From: Octopus vulgaris | Lineage: Eukaryota | Assembly: GCA_951406725.2 (NCBI GenBank) | Contig: OX597833.1 | Span: 36,642,001 to 36,706,000 of the forward strand | Direction of reading: 5' to 3' | Length of the DNA stretch: 64,000 nt | Part shown: piece by piece, positions 26,138 through 38,838 of the stretch | How the letters are laid out: every line of letters starts with the position of its first letter | Position numbering within the stretch: the stretch's first letter is position 1 | Translations under genes and position numbers: made by a program | The notes under the pieces: model-generated | What the model was told of the DNA's origin: nothing | The model's input: only the letters and a program-made list of their open reading frames with translations | Databases searched by the model: none

Positions 26138-27124
26138 ACATGCAGACGATGCGAATGTCTCGCAGAAAATACAGAACCCCAGCGATGTTGCACATCTGCA
26201 GCAGGAACTGTACTCAATTTTCAGATGGGCTGAGGATAATAATATGCAGTTTAATGCTGAAAACGTACAAGTCCTGCGCTACCAGCGTCCAAAACTGAAT
26301 ATAAAACTTACAGGGTACACAGGTCCACAGGGAATTTCAGCCCTAGAGCCTAAATCAATGAGGGACCTGGGTATCGACATGAATGATGATACTTCTTTTC
26401 AAGTGCACATTACCAGGATGGCGACAAAGTGCAAACGACTGGCTGGATGGATCCTGAGAACTTTCAGAACCAGAGATAAGGAAACCATGATGGTCCCCTG
26501 GAAGACATTCTTCTTCAGCCACATGGATTACTGCTCACAGCTATGGTCACCCAACAGTGTGAAATTAACAGCGGACCTTGAAGCAATCCAGAGAAGATTC
26601 ACAAAGAAGATCATCTCTTTGCAACAGCTCAGCCACTAGGAAAGGTTCAAACAGCTAAGACTCTACTCCCTGGAGAGAAGCGGGAGAGGTATGCAGTAAT
26701 ATATGTCTGGAAAATCCTGGAAGGAATTGTGCCAAAATTTGGCATTGAAAGCTACACCAAAGCCAGAACGGGACGACACTGCATAGTGCCAAAGATCCCA
26801 GCAACGCCATCGCACTTCAGGACCTGTTACTGCAACAGCCTGGGTTTCAAGGGCCAATAGCTTTTTAATATTCTCCCAAAGAGCCTGAGGAACCTGCACA
26901 AAGTAGATGTATTCTACTTTTTAAAATCAAAGCTGGACCTCTTCCTGTCGTGAGTCCCAGATGACTCTACCTCACGGCACGAGGTGCAAATGAGGGTAGC
27001 TATATCAAACTCCATTCCTCACCAAGTGCCACATATTGGAGGAGGCTTTCAGTAATAACAGTATAGCAAAACGGCGGTGCATCAGCATGGCAGCAGCTCT
27101 GAGCTAAAACTACAGAAAAGAAAA
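26138..27124 (+). mobile_element. 5'-truncated CR1-like LINE with target-site duplication
   Basis: ADD...[20 protein letters not shown]...RDLGI...MDYCSQLWSP...LEAIQRRFTK; TSD tatatatatttatccatatatat at 26115-26137 and 27125-27147. Confidence 0.92.
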
Positions 27125-27178
27125 TATATATATTTATCCATATATATGCATAGATTTGTGTATGCATACATACATATA

Positions 27179-27229
<51 letters not shown>

Positions 27230-27232
<3 letters not shown>

Positions 27233-29093
27233 CCGTGATCTAGTAATCTCAAGATTAATCAGCCGAAATTACTACGATGATCCGGTTCTTGACTGAAGAC
27301 TGAGGGTTTCGAATGTCCTGTCCGTGTTTATTGTGTCGTCTTCTAAGAATTATACGTTCTTGTCCATGTTGTATTTTTCTACATACCTTAACATATATTC
27401 CAGGCGCCCCGTACCCCCCTTAACATTTATGTGAGCACATATTCTTAATAATTGGTACGACTCTCTGTTTTGTCTCTCTCTCTCTCTCATTTTTACTTGA
27501 TCTGTCCCCCTCTCTCTCTTTTCTCTCTACTCATCCTCTTTTTCTCTTCTCTTTCCTCTGATTCTTTGGTCTAGTCTTCCACTACCCTCCTATTTCTTTG
27601 TCTCGCTCTGCACTCACAGGTCATTCTTCGACACCCATCCCTTCTCCTCTCTGATTCCTTCTTTCTCTCTCTTCTCTCTCTTTGTTGCGTTTTTCCCTCC
27701 TCTCTCTCTCTCCTCTCTCTCTCTCTTCCTTTGCTTCTCTTTCTTTTCTTTTCCCTCTTCTCTGTCACGTGACTGTTGGCCGAAATCTGCCTTTCAGCTT
27801 CTGACCCTCGTCGTGTTAACATCGCTGTTTTCGTCCGCCACTATAAAGGCTTTTTCCATTGCGCCAGAGAAAAAATTTGTTTGCTTGTTATCAGTCGTAA
27901 GACACTGTTGTTTTCACCGTTAATGCTTCTGTATTTCATGTTTCTGTATTCTATTATTGTTTTTTGTTTTTTTATATCTGTCCCTTTTGCTGTCCTGGTG
28001 TTCGTATGCATTCGATCCTTCTTCCAGGAAATCTACGCTTCCAGCTTAGTTTTTCTAATGCTCGTTGCTTGGTTTTTCTTGGAGGGCTGGCCGTGATCTA
28101 GTAATCTCAAGATTAATCAGCCGAAATTACTACGATGATCCGGTTCTTGACTGAAGACTGAGGGTTTCGAATGTCCTGTCCGTGTTTATTGTGTCGTCTT
28201 CTAAGAATTATACGTTCTTGTCCATGTTGTATTTTTCTACATACCTTAATATATATTCCAGGCGCCCCGTACCCCCCTTAACATTTATGTGAGCACATAT
28301 TCTTAATAATTGGTACGACTCTCTGTTTTGTCTCTCTCTCTCTCTCATTTTTACTTGATCTGTCCCCCTCTCTCTCTTTTCTCTCTACTCATCCTCTTTT
28401 TCTCTTCTCTTTCCTCTGATTCTTTGGTCTAGTCTTCCACTACCCTCCTATTTCTTTGTCTCGCTCTGCACTCACAGGTCATTCTTCGACACCCATCCCT
28501 TCTCCTCTCTGATTCCTTCTTTCTCTCTCTTCTCTCTCTTTGTTGCGTTTTTCCCTCCTCTCTCTCTCTCCTCTCTCTCTCTCTTCCTTTGCTTCTCTTT
28601 CTTTTCTTTTCCCTCTTCTCTGTCACGTGACTGTTGGCCGAAATCTGCCTTTCAGCTTCTGACCCTCGTCGTGTTAACATCGCTGTTTTCGTCCGCCACT
28701 ATAAAGGCTTTTTCCATTGCGCCAGAGAAAAAATTTGTTTGCTTGTTATCAGTCGTAAGACACTGTTGTTTTCACCGTTAATGTTTCTGTATTCCATTAT
28801 TGTTTTTTGTTTTTTTATATCTGTCCCTTTTGCTGTCCTGGTGTTCGTATGCATTCGATCCTTCTTCCAGGAAATCTACGCTTCCAGCTTAGTTTTTCTA
28901 ATGCTCGTTGCTTGGTTTTTCTTGGAGGGCTGGCCGTGATCTAGTAATCTCAAGATTAATCAGCCGAAATTACTACGATGATCCGGTTCTTGACTGAAGA
29001 CTGAGGGTTTCGAATGTCCTGTCCGTGTTTATTGTGTCGTCTTCTAAGAATTATACGTTCTTGTCCATGTTGTATTTTTCTACATACCTTAAT
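27230..29093 (+). mobile_element. Tandem array (~2.2 units, 858/843 bp) of a non-coding retrozyme/Penelope-like element, family B
   Basis: ggccgtgatctagtaatc starts at 27231, 28089 and 28932; units nearly identical apart from a 15-bp indel; (TA)n flanks. Confidence 0.85.
28085..28166 (+). ncRNA. Permuted hammerhead ribozyme (family B); also at 27231-27308 (5'-clipped) and 28928-29009
   Basis: ggctg-gccgtgatc-tagtaa-TC-tcaaga-ttaat-cagcc-GAAA-ttacta-cgatgatccggt-tcttga-CTGAAGA: 7-bp stem III, 6-bp stem I, 5-bp stem II, intact core. Confidence 0.75.
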
Positions 29094-29110
29094 ATATATA
29101 TATATATATA

Positions 29111-29232
29111 TATTAGAAGAAATGAGGTAATCAGAAGATCGGATGGTTTATATTTACAGATATTTATTTATATAAATAAATATCTGTAAATATAAACCAT
29201 CCGATCATCTGATTACCTCAGTTCTTCTAATA
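29111..29232. repeat. Near-perfect 122-bp palindrome in (TA)n
   Basis: Centre at 29171/29172; two mismatched pairs. Confidence 0.93.
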
Positions 29233-29334
29233 TATAATACCTGTACATCATCTCCAAACCTTCCAATATATATATATATATATATATATATGTATACACA
29301 CACATATGTATGTATATATGCATCCACTAATGTA

Positions 29335-29393
<59 letters not shown>

Positions 29394-29415
29394 GCATACA
29401 TTAGTGTATGCATAT

Positions 29416-29473
<58 letters not shown>

Positions 29474-29864
29474 CTCCTTGTTAATTTCTTAGTTCCCTTC
29501 TGTCGGTAAGACGGTAAACTCTTAGCTCCAGAAAAGTATTGGAGTACTTCCATGAGATTGATGTGATTAGAAGTAAAGTGGTCCGTAGTTGAAATATAGC
29601 TAAAAAGTATTATCCCTACGCTACATTTTCAAAGAATATTTCCCTTTCAATAATAGTATCTACGTTTACTAGGAAAACCCTGTCGACACGAAGGCACGAA
29701 ATCGAATTCAACACGTTGTTGCCAGCAACACTTTTCATTCTGTGATATAAATAGAAAGGTAAAAACAAAACATGATAGCTACACTGGTCACACTTGTCTT
29801 TCCTCACCTCTTCGAGGAATAGCGATCTTTATAACTGCTCCCTCCCTCCAGCATGTTCAACAGC

Positions 29865-30778
29865 CCATTGATTACAATGCTAGAAAGTCCATGATGCCAA
29901 TTGCAAAAGATCTCCATGTGTCAGAATGAACAGTCAGAAATGTTATTCACGAAGGCATCAGATACAAGTTTTATGTGATGAAGAAAGGTCAGTTTGTCTG
30001 TAAAAGCAAAAGAAAATTACTACATCAGATCTAAAAGGCTCTTAAACTGTAAAAACTAGGAGAAGATTTGATTTGCTTTTCTTTTCTTTTTTTTTCAAAT
30101 GAGAAGAACTTGTACCAAGATCAAAAAGTTAACAGAAGAAATGACAGATGTTATGCGCAGATCCTTCTGAAGTTATAAGTGTTATGCATACAAAATTTCC
30201 TGCAAATGTCATGGTTTTAGGGTTGTCAGTAATGAAGGACATGTGATGCCTCCTTACTACTTTCTACAAGGGCTTAGAGTTCACTCTGCCGTCTATACTG
30301 AGGGCCTGGAAACAATTGTTAAGCCATGGATAGACAATGTATGAAATAGAAAGCTATATGTGTTTCAGTAAGACTTTGCATTCTCACACATGAGAGAAAT
30401 GTATAGCTGAAAATTTTTATTATCACATAACCCCAACATTTTGGCCTCCTAATTCCTCAGATCTCAATCCATTGGACTATAATATGTGGAGCGTTGTTGA
30501 AAGAGAGGTCAATGAACACGCCCATACGCCAAAGATTCTTTGAAAGCTGCCATTGTCAGAGTAATGTCCAAACTGAACCAGGACCACTTGATTCGTGCAT
30601 GTAAATGATTTAGATCTCATATAGAAGCAGTTGTTGAAGCTGAAGGTGGCTTTATTGAATAACATTATGGAAAAGGTTTATTTTTATCCTCATAGCATTT
30701 TTTTATAAATAAAGTTATCTGTTATATATGTTTTTTTATAAACATAAATCTGTCCTCAAATATCTTACGCACCCTATG
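29865..30778 (+). mobile_element. Degenerate Tc1/mariner-superfamily (maT/DD37D-like) transposon
   Basis: HTKFPANVMVLG...EGHVMPP...IVKPWID...WPPNSSDLNPLDY...EAVVEAEGGFIE; probable right end cttacgcaccct. Confidence 0.85.
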
Positions 30779-32828
30779 TAAGTTAATTTTTCCTTTTAAT
30801 TCTTCCTATAATGAAAACAATGATAAAGAGGTATAACTGTATTAATGAAATTTTAATTACAACAACTGTAAGTTTTGTTGAACTTTAAGAAAGTCTTGCA
30901 AATTTTTACTGCTCCTGATTGTTTTTGAAAATGTCTGTTAGCTGGACATTTCTTTGCCTGGAAATATTAGTTTTTCTATATTGTTACTTAGAGATTTAAT
31001 AACATTGCCAAATGCACCAATAATTATTGGCATAATTCTGAATTTATGTTTATGTTACAGAAGCAGTAGGTTTGAAGACAGTTGCCTATAAATATTCTTC
31101 TTCAAACTGATTATAGAAGAAATGTTCACATCTGCATGATATTTCACATCTTTGACTACACATGATTTGTCTTGTCCCAAACAACTTTTTCAAGCATGTT
31201 ATATTTACACTTGGCAGAAACTTTGACTGGAATATTTCACCAATATTCTTCGTTTGATATGAGGGCAAGTGTTCAAATACAGGGACATTGTCTGAATTTT
31301 CCAAGCGCAGTCTTTCTTACGCACGGGATTGTATATTGTTTTAGTCATATCATGTATCAACTAGAGCTAGTATCTTGACGACATTTTTGGATGACTGCTG
31401 TAATGCTTTTCTTACAAAAGTGATATCATCGACATTTTTTGATACATTTTGAAATTTTAAGGGTTTCGCTATTGTTCATTAGTTATTCTGTGCCTTTCTT
31501 CTCTTATATTGCACAAGCATAATTTTAGAGATGTGTTGTGATATATACGGCCACAAAATGCATATGTTCAAGTAATGTCTTTTCTTTTTAGCACGTTATA
31601 TATTGAAGACAACTGTTCGAGTTCAATTTTCTATGTACATTAATTATCTTGATGAAACATGTTATACTGCATCTTCGTACAAGGTGGCAATTGATTTGGG
31701 GGATGATATAATAACTGATAAAATTCATCATAATGAGATTCAATTGAAATTAAGTGTTATATATCCCAATGAATACTTGTCTTTAAAACAATATAACATA
31801 TTTTATTATGCATATGTGTGTATTTTAGTGTGTTTAATCTGTGTCTACTGGACAATGAATATTACATTGATGCATCTGGCTATATTTTTTTATGTGTAAA
31901 GTTCCGAAAGTACATCTTTGAAAGTAGTATGTCAATAAGCAATAAGTTGAAAGAATAGCTAACATTTCAGGTTCAAGAGAGCTTTGACAGATAGAATCCA
32001 CTCTAATCCATATCAAACTGAAACTGTTACAGACCATCACGACATCAGGCCTAATGACTATTTTTATCTTAGCTTTTATTTTTTATTTTTGCAACTTTTG
32101 TTTATATACACCCCTCAATCAACAACGTAATCTTTCAGTTCAAAAACGGTGCTTTTAATTTGCAATAATTTTACCTTCTTAGAATTACACGAGTTCACTG
32201 TTGTATGTGGGGGTGTAAGTGTCTGTGTGTGTGTGTGTGTGCATGTTTGCGCACGCGCGAATGTGATTTTATGTCAGTAAGCATGATGTTTTTTCATATA
32301 TTTAATGAACTATTCTCTCCGTTGGATGTGAAATAACCGATAAGCACGATTGAGCCATGCAAGAAAACCCTGTACGTTTGTGTTTGTGTGTATTTACGCA
32401 TGAATGTATGTATGTGTGTGTGTGTGTATGCATGTTTGTATGTATTTATGCATGTATATATGTATGTATCTATGTATGTATCTATGTATGTATGTGTCTG
32501 TACGCACATACACCTACATATGCAGAAGCTGACTAATGAAAATGAAGACTGTTTTTAGTTGCCCTGTCGATGTAGTTATCATTGTGTAGATCATTATTGA
32601 TATGGAATGTAAAGTTGTGGGGTAATCATAGTTTTTACTAACTTGAAATTAATCGTTCAAAGAATGGAAATACACCCAAGCTCTTTTTTCAGTCATCGAT
32701 CAGTAAAACCTTGGTTGATGTAACCTAGATGGCTAAATTTTTTAATATCTGTTTTTGTATGTATGTTGTGTTGTATTTGTGCATAATATCATGTATATAT
32801 ATGTACTTATGTGTGTGTATGTGTGTGT

Positions 32829-32890
<62 letters not shown>

Positions 32891-33385
32891 GGCAGTACAG
32901 TAAGCATGTGAAGTTTATGTGTCATGTGTAAAGGCTGTGTGTGTGTGTTTCTGAATTTCTCGATACCACTCTCTATTAATATTTTCCTCTCACACTAACG
33001 CACTCTGTTTCTCTCTCTCACAAACACACTTTCTTTCTCACACACACACTCTCTATCTCTTTCTCTTTTATTATATATGTGTATTAACAACATCATCAAT
33101 GACATGCCCTCTCGTCTAGATTTGAAGTAGGCCTGGTGTAGAGTGGATATGTCACTAATGAGGTCACGAATGGCGATAAAGGGCTTTGACAAACAACTGA
33201 TTGCTTAATTTTCTTTTTAAGTATGCGTTCGATTAGTTGGTTTCTTAAATAACTAACCGATTCACTAATAATAAAGAAGTGAAAAATGAAGTAGTGTGTG
33301 CATGTTTATTGCATGATAACCCTCCCAATATATAACAAAATTTGTTTCAACACATGAGTTCACTCAAAGAGTTTTGCAAACTGAA

Positions 33386-33431
<46 letters not shown>

Positions 33432-33434
<3 letters not shown>

Positions 33435-33543
33435 CGTGACCGACCAGGCTATCAAATGTTGCTACACATCGCTGGTCACAATGCGCTTCGCATTGTTTTA
33501 GCCTTCAAATGACGCCACCCCGCTGGCTAAGCGAGCAGGCCAA
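33432..33543 (-). mobile_element. Short LINE-type 3'-end fragment inside (TA)n
   Basis: GC-richer 110-bp insert with hairpin acaatgcg-ctt-cgcattgt; family assignment (RTE-like) from memory only. Confidence 0.4.
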
Positions 33544-33673
33544 TATATATATATATATATATATATATAGTAAAAGTTATTATTCATATATATATATTAT
33601 ATATGTAGTAAAGGTTATTATTTATATATATATATATATATGTATATAATAGTCTTTACTATATATATATATA

Positions 33674-34180
33674 TATAATTATAATAATAAGGGTTTTTTG
33701 CAACAAGTTGCTTAAACCACATACCGAAAATATTAGAAATAGCAGCCAAAAGACTACTATTTCCTTTTACTACAAAAATAAGTCTCCACAGACAACAATA
33801 TTTGTAACTCACATATGGCAAAAAAGAAGAAAAACAATGAAATCACACATTCTTCGAATTAATTATGGACGTACGTTTCTGGATTAGAATCGTAAGGTTC
33901 ATTTCCTTATCAACATAATATTTCCCATAAATCGAAAGATATAAAGGCCAACCAGCATATCCACATTTATGTAAACAAGTGAATTCGTATTTCCCTCCAG
34001 AATGGTACCACATGAGTCACAAAATAGTACTGCCGAAAAAAGATCCGTTGTTTTGTCGTAGGGGAGTAAAATAGTCATTACAGATATAGGGTGAAATATA
34101 ATTAATTTAATAAAATCAACAAATTTCACCTATTATATAATTATAATCATAAGGGTTTTTTGCAACAAGTTGCTTAAACC
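33674..34180 (-). mobile_element. 462-bp retrozyme-like unit with 45-bp terminal direct repeat
   Basis: 33674-33718 = 34136-34180 (1 mismatch); internal hammerhead motif; TA flanks. Confidence 0.7.
33862..33919 (-). ncRNA. Type I hammerhead ribozyme, U3-A8 variant
   Basis: Minus strand: attatg-TTGATAA-gga...tcc-a-GAAA-cgtacg-TC-cataat; 6-bp stem I, palindromic stem III. Confidence 0.65.
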
Positions 34181-34265
34181 TTTATGTATATATATTATTA
34201 TTATATATATATAAGAAAAATAAGACAAGGTAGAAAATGCTAAAATCATTTTATCATGAAGAACA

Positions 34266-34308
34266 TTTTAGTACCGGTTCCAGTCTTTGCGACTTTTTCA
34301 ACTTAGAA
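34266..34308 (-). ncRNA. Decayed minimal hammerhead, U3-A8 variant
   Basis: Minus strand: TTGAAAA-agtc-gcaaa-gact-GGAA-ccgg-TA-ctaaaa; GAAA mutated, stem I imperfect. Confidence 0.4.
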
Positions 34309-34465
34309 TAAAGCATGAAAAACAATTAAATTGTGGAAAAATTAAATAAAATGTTTTAAAAAAATATTTCCATAGTTTTCAAATGCAAGTGACATTTTCC
34401 TTTTTTCAGCCCGTCTCTGTCTCTCTTTTTTACTCTTGTGTAAAGAGTAAAAAGAGAGTAAAAGT

Positions 34466-34571
<106 letters not shown>

Positions 34572-34671
34572 TAGCTATTTCCCAACTTCAAAGAACTGTT
34601 ACTGAACATCTCTCTTTGAGAGATTTAGAAGTAATAAAATTTCTGTTAAATATATGTGTGTGCGCGCGCGT

Positions 34672-34719
<48 letters not shown>

Positions 34720-34928
34720 CGTCTTGTTTGCTCTTGTCCCTAATTCCACGCAAGAAAACCCTTTTTCTCCTTTTTTTTTTCTGCGGGCACCACCAATTGG
34801 GAAGCATCTTGTCTTATCTTTAAAGGTGCGAAACTGAAAAGTACCATTCGTCGTTAAGTGATGAAGAATTATGAACTTTCTGTTTGTCTCACGTTTATTT
34901 TTACATTCAGTATACGTTATGTCGTTTG

Positions 34929-35597
34929 TTACCTCCGACAAGGAGGGAGGTTATATTTTCATCGTCTGTCCGTCTGTGTGCAAAATAACTCAAAAAATTG
35001 TGAACGGTATTTGATGAAACTTGCAGAAGTTGGCAATGACACAAGGAACAGATGATTAAATTTTGGTAGTGATCCGGGAATTTTTATGGATTCTTGAAGG
35101 ATTTTTCATTTGTTATATTTACTTTACATGAAATATTACAATGTTACGTTCTTTGATTATCTCCCTTGAAAACATGCTCATATTTTCCACTTAAACTATG
35201 GTGGCATAGCTGTTTCCAAACTTTATTTTCTTTCCTCTATTAATTTTACTCGCGTATCTATCTTAAAATGAGCTGCTTGGCGGAGGTCTGTGGAAGATGA
35301 CATGAAAAGCCTTGACTATTGGGATCGACTCAAAACCTCAGGCTTTGCTCCCTCCACCGCCGCTGTGAAATTAGCTTGTCGTTGTCATTGATGTATTATA
35401 ACTGCTTCAGATGATTCCTGTTTTTAAAGTGTTTTTTTTTAATCATATGACTGTGTTATTTTTTTTTAAATACCGGCAAGAAGGTTTTGTTTTTGCCGGC
35501 GTTGGTTTGGGAAATTGGGCGATTTTCAGCATGCGTGTATATGGGTGGAAATGAGGAGCTTGGCGGAGGTCTGCACTCTCCGAGTGCTTTTCTAGTT
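34929..35597 (+). mobile_element. Helentron-associated (HINE/DINE-1-like) non-autonomous element
   Basis: Sub-terminal inverted repeats acctccgacaag / cttggcggaggt (second copy near 35277), 3' stem-loop gcactc-tcc-gagtgc, ctagtt end. Confidence 0.85.
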
Positions 35598-35610
35598 TAT
35601 ATATCTTTTC

Positions 35611-35683
<73 letters not shown>

Positions 35684-35701
35684 CTGTGTGTGTGTGTGTA
35701 T

Positions 35702-35788
35702 TTAAAATTAATCAAAGGACATACTAAATATGCCTACAGTTATTTCTAGCAGGTAGTCATGCTTAGCATGTCCTTTGATTAATTTTAA
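35702..35788. repeat. Inverted repeat with 21-bp perfect outer arms
   Basis: ttaaaattaatcaaaggacat ... atgtcctttgattaattttaa. Confidence 0.85.
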
Positions 35789-36011
35789 TCCTTCAGCTAC
35801 TTAATGCTTTTGTGGGGTGCTTGCAATCGCCTATATTATGGATTCTGTTATTATCATTTTTAAATTGTTACCCTAGATAACAGAGTCAATGGTATCTTTG
35901 CAAATTATCTTTTCGTGAATTATTTGCTCCGTATTGATATATATATATATGAGAATATGTATTTATATACAAATGTATATACACGTATAAACATATATAT
36001 ATATATGTATA

Positions 36012-36091
<80 letters not shown>

Positions 36092-38611
36092 CATACATGC
36101 ATATATACATACATATATAGATGTACACACTCACAGACATCATACACGCGTATAATGTTTGCGTTGCGTATGTGTTCGTGAATTTCTTTAAAGCTCTCTC
36201 TCTCTCTCTATCATTCCCCACTCTCTATTTCTCTGTGCGTATGTATAATAATGTGAGTTTCTTAAGCTCTTGTCTTTTGAAACCGCTCAATGATCCTGCT
36301 CAATAATGTTAATCGGATGTGAGATAAAGCTTCTCATAGATTGGAGCCAAATGCACGGCAGTTTTATCCTGTACTGCAATTCCACGTAGTCTCGTACCTA
36401 TTTATGACAACTACATATAAATAAAACCAATATATTTTTCTGTTCCAAGTATACGTAACACATTATTTGAAGATAGGTTTGAACGCAAAGCCTTAGAGCT
36501 CATACTTCAATATTGCATGCATTCTTCTATTTGGTTTCTTCATATCCGTATATATGTTAGTTTCTGTTTCTCTCCCCACCCCTCTCTTTCACTCTCGCTC
36601 TCTCTCTCTCTCTTTGTTTCCTTCTCTCCATCTCTCTTCATATATTTATACACACACGCACACATACACAAGCACACACACACAAATATATGTATATATG
36701 TATGTATATATGTATGTATGTACGTGTGTATGTATGTAGTTCTGTATGTACGTGTGTATGTATGTATGTAGTTGTGTATGTGCATACGTACGTTTGTATA
36801 TGCGTTTATACTCATACATACATTTATACTTGCATATATAGACAGACAGACAGACAGAAGAGAGTAAGAATAGGGAATTAGAATGAAAAAGAAAGACAGA
36901 AAGAAAAAAAGGAAAGAAAGAAAGGAAGAATTGAGCATGAAAGTCGGTAGTTATACAGGTATATGCACAGCTTTATAGGGAGCAAGAGAGAAAGAAAGTT
37001 AGATTTGTCAATAAGTGTGTGCATATTGATGTTTGCGTGAGACTATGCATGCATGTAGCTATATGTATGCATAACTATGTATATATGAGTATGTGAGTGC
37101 GTGTGTGTGTGAGTGTCTGTGAGTGTGCGCGCGCACGCATCCGTGTGTGTTTGTGTGCGTGCGTGTTTTTCTAATATTAAGCAGTTTACGGCCGTATGTG
37201 ACGGCATCCCTGTGGATCAGGAAGAGACATTTATTATTCATCAATAATATTATGCAACCTGCATTGTGAAGTATGCAACATAGAATGTGCAGCATGCCGC
37301 CAACATTTTATATAATGTGCAGTATTATTGTGCAACAAAGAATGTGTAGTACGCGGGATATATTCAACGCAGTGTATAGTGTGCCGTACATGATTAGAAT
37401 GTATTCATTGTGAGGTATGCCGTGTACCCTATGCAAACTGTAAGTTGTATGCAGAGGGAAGAAACTTGTATGCATTATGCTTTGATTTTAATATGTGCAA
37501 TGTATGCAGGAACACGACAGTAGAAAAGATGAACGTGTTGTAACTCGGTTTTATTGATTGGCTTACGGAGATTCGATAAAATACGTCAGGTTTCACTCAA
37601 CACTATCTTTACCATCATCACACTCTACAGCACCGTCATTAATACTGCCATCATAAACATTAACACCATCATTCCTATCACTAGAAGCACCAATACTACC
37701 ACAAATCTACCACTAACACTGACTTCAGCATCCTTAATGCCATTATTTTCAACACCGCTACGATCGCAATCATCCACCATACTACCACTGTCACCGACGT
37801 CAGCACCATCTCCGCTAACATCAAAACTACCTCTACGACTGTCCATTGCTATTCTTCGCTGGCTTTACCAACATCAACACCATCACTAACAATTCTTCAG
37901 CAAATTCTTATAAACATCACCATCAATATATCTACTACCATCAAAACCGTCACTAATGCACACAGTATTTGAACCAATGCAGTAGCCTCCTATGCGGTCA
38001 GTTGACTTGCGAGAAATAGCAACCAGATCTCCTTCAAATCACATCTTATCGCCTTAAAAATTAGAGGACATATTGTACAATCTAATCCCTGATATGCCAA
38101 AAACGCGATGATCACGGCTGGAATGCACTTTTTGTTATCAGTTTGTTTGGTCAAGGCTGACCTTGAAAAGAAAATATAAGTCATAATCATCGCCATGACG
38201 TATCCCTCCACAACATCTCCATCAAATCCATTGACGCTTCCAGTTCTACGATCATTGTAATAATGCAAGTCAACATAATCGGTGGAAGTGTCCCGTCTCT
38301 TCTTTCGTCTGCTGGACTAATAACTAACATAAACGGCTAGCTAGGCGGCTAGCTAAAAGGCTAGCGAGAAGGCAAGCAGATGTGTGCGGAGGGGAAATGG
38401 CAGTCAGCAGAAGAAACACACTGAAAATTATATAAGAATAGGCAGAAATGCTTTGGGTACATATAGAAAGAAAGGGTATGTGGGTGTGGGTAAAGAGAGC
38501 AAAAGAAGAAAAGGAAAATAGCCAGGATAGAAAAAAAATGGAAGAAGCTGAGAAAATTAAAACATATAAAGTTTAGAAGACAGCCACACAGACAGACAGA
38601 TAGGTAGCTAG

Positions 38612-38679
<68 letters not shown>

Positions 38680-38762
38680 ATATGTGTGTGTCTGTATGTA
38701 TGTATACATAGAAAAAGAAGTAGAAACAGAGAAAAAGAAAGCTGGCAACATATGCGGACAGT

Positions 38763-38838
<76 letters not shown>

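Noticed and set aside
30790-32050. Non-repetitive AT-rich stretch as a possible host exon or transposase
   Set aside because: Only short ORFs with no recognisable motif or convincing splice-bounded frame; needs tBLASTx or RNA-seq
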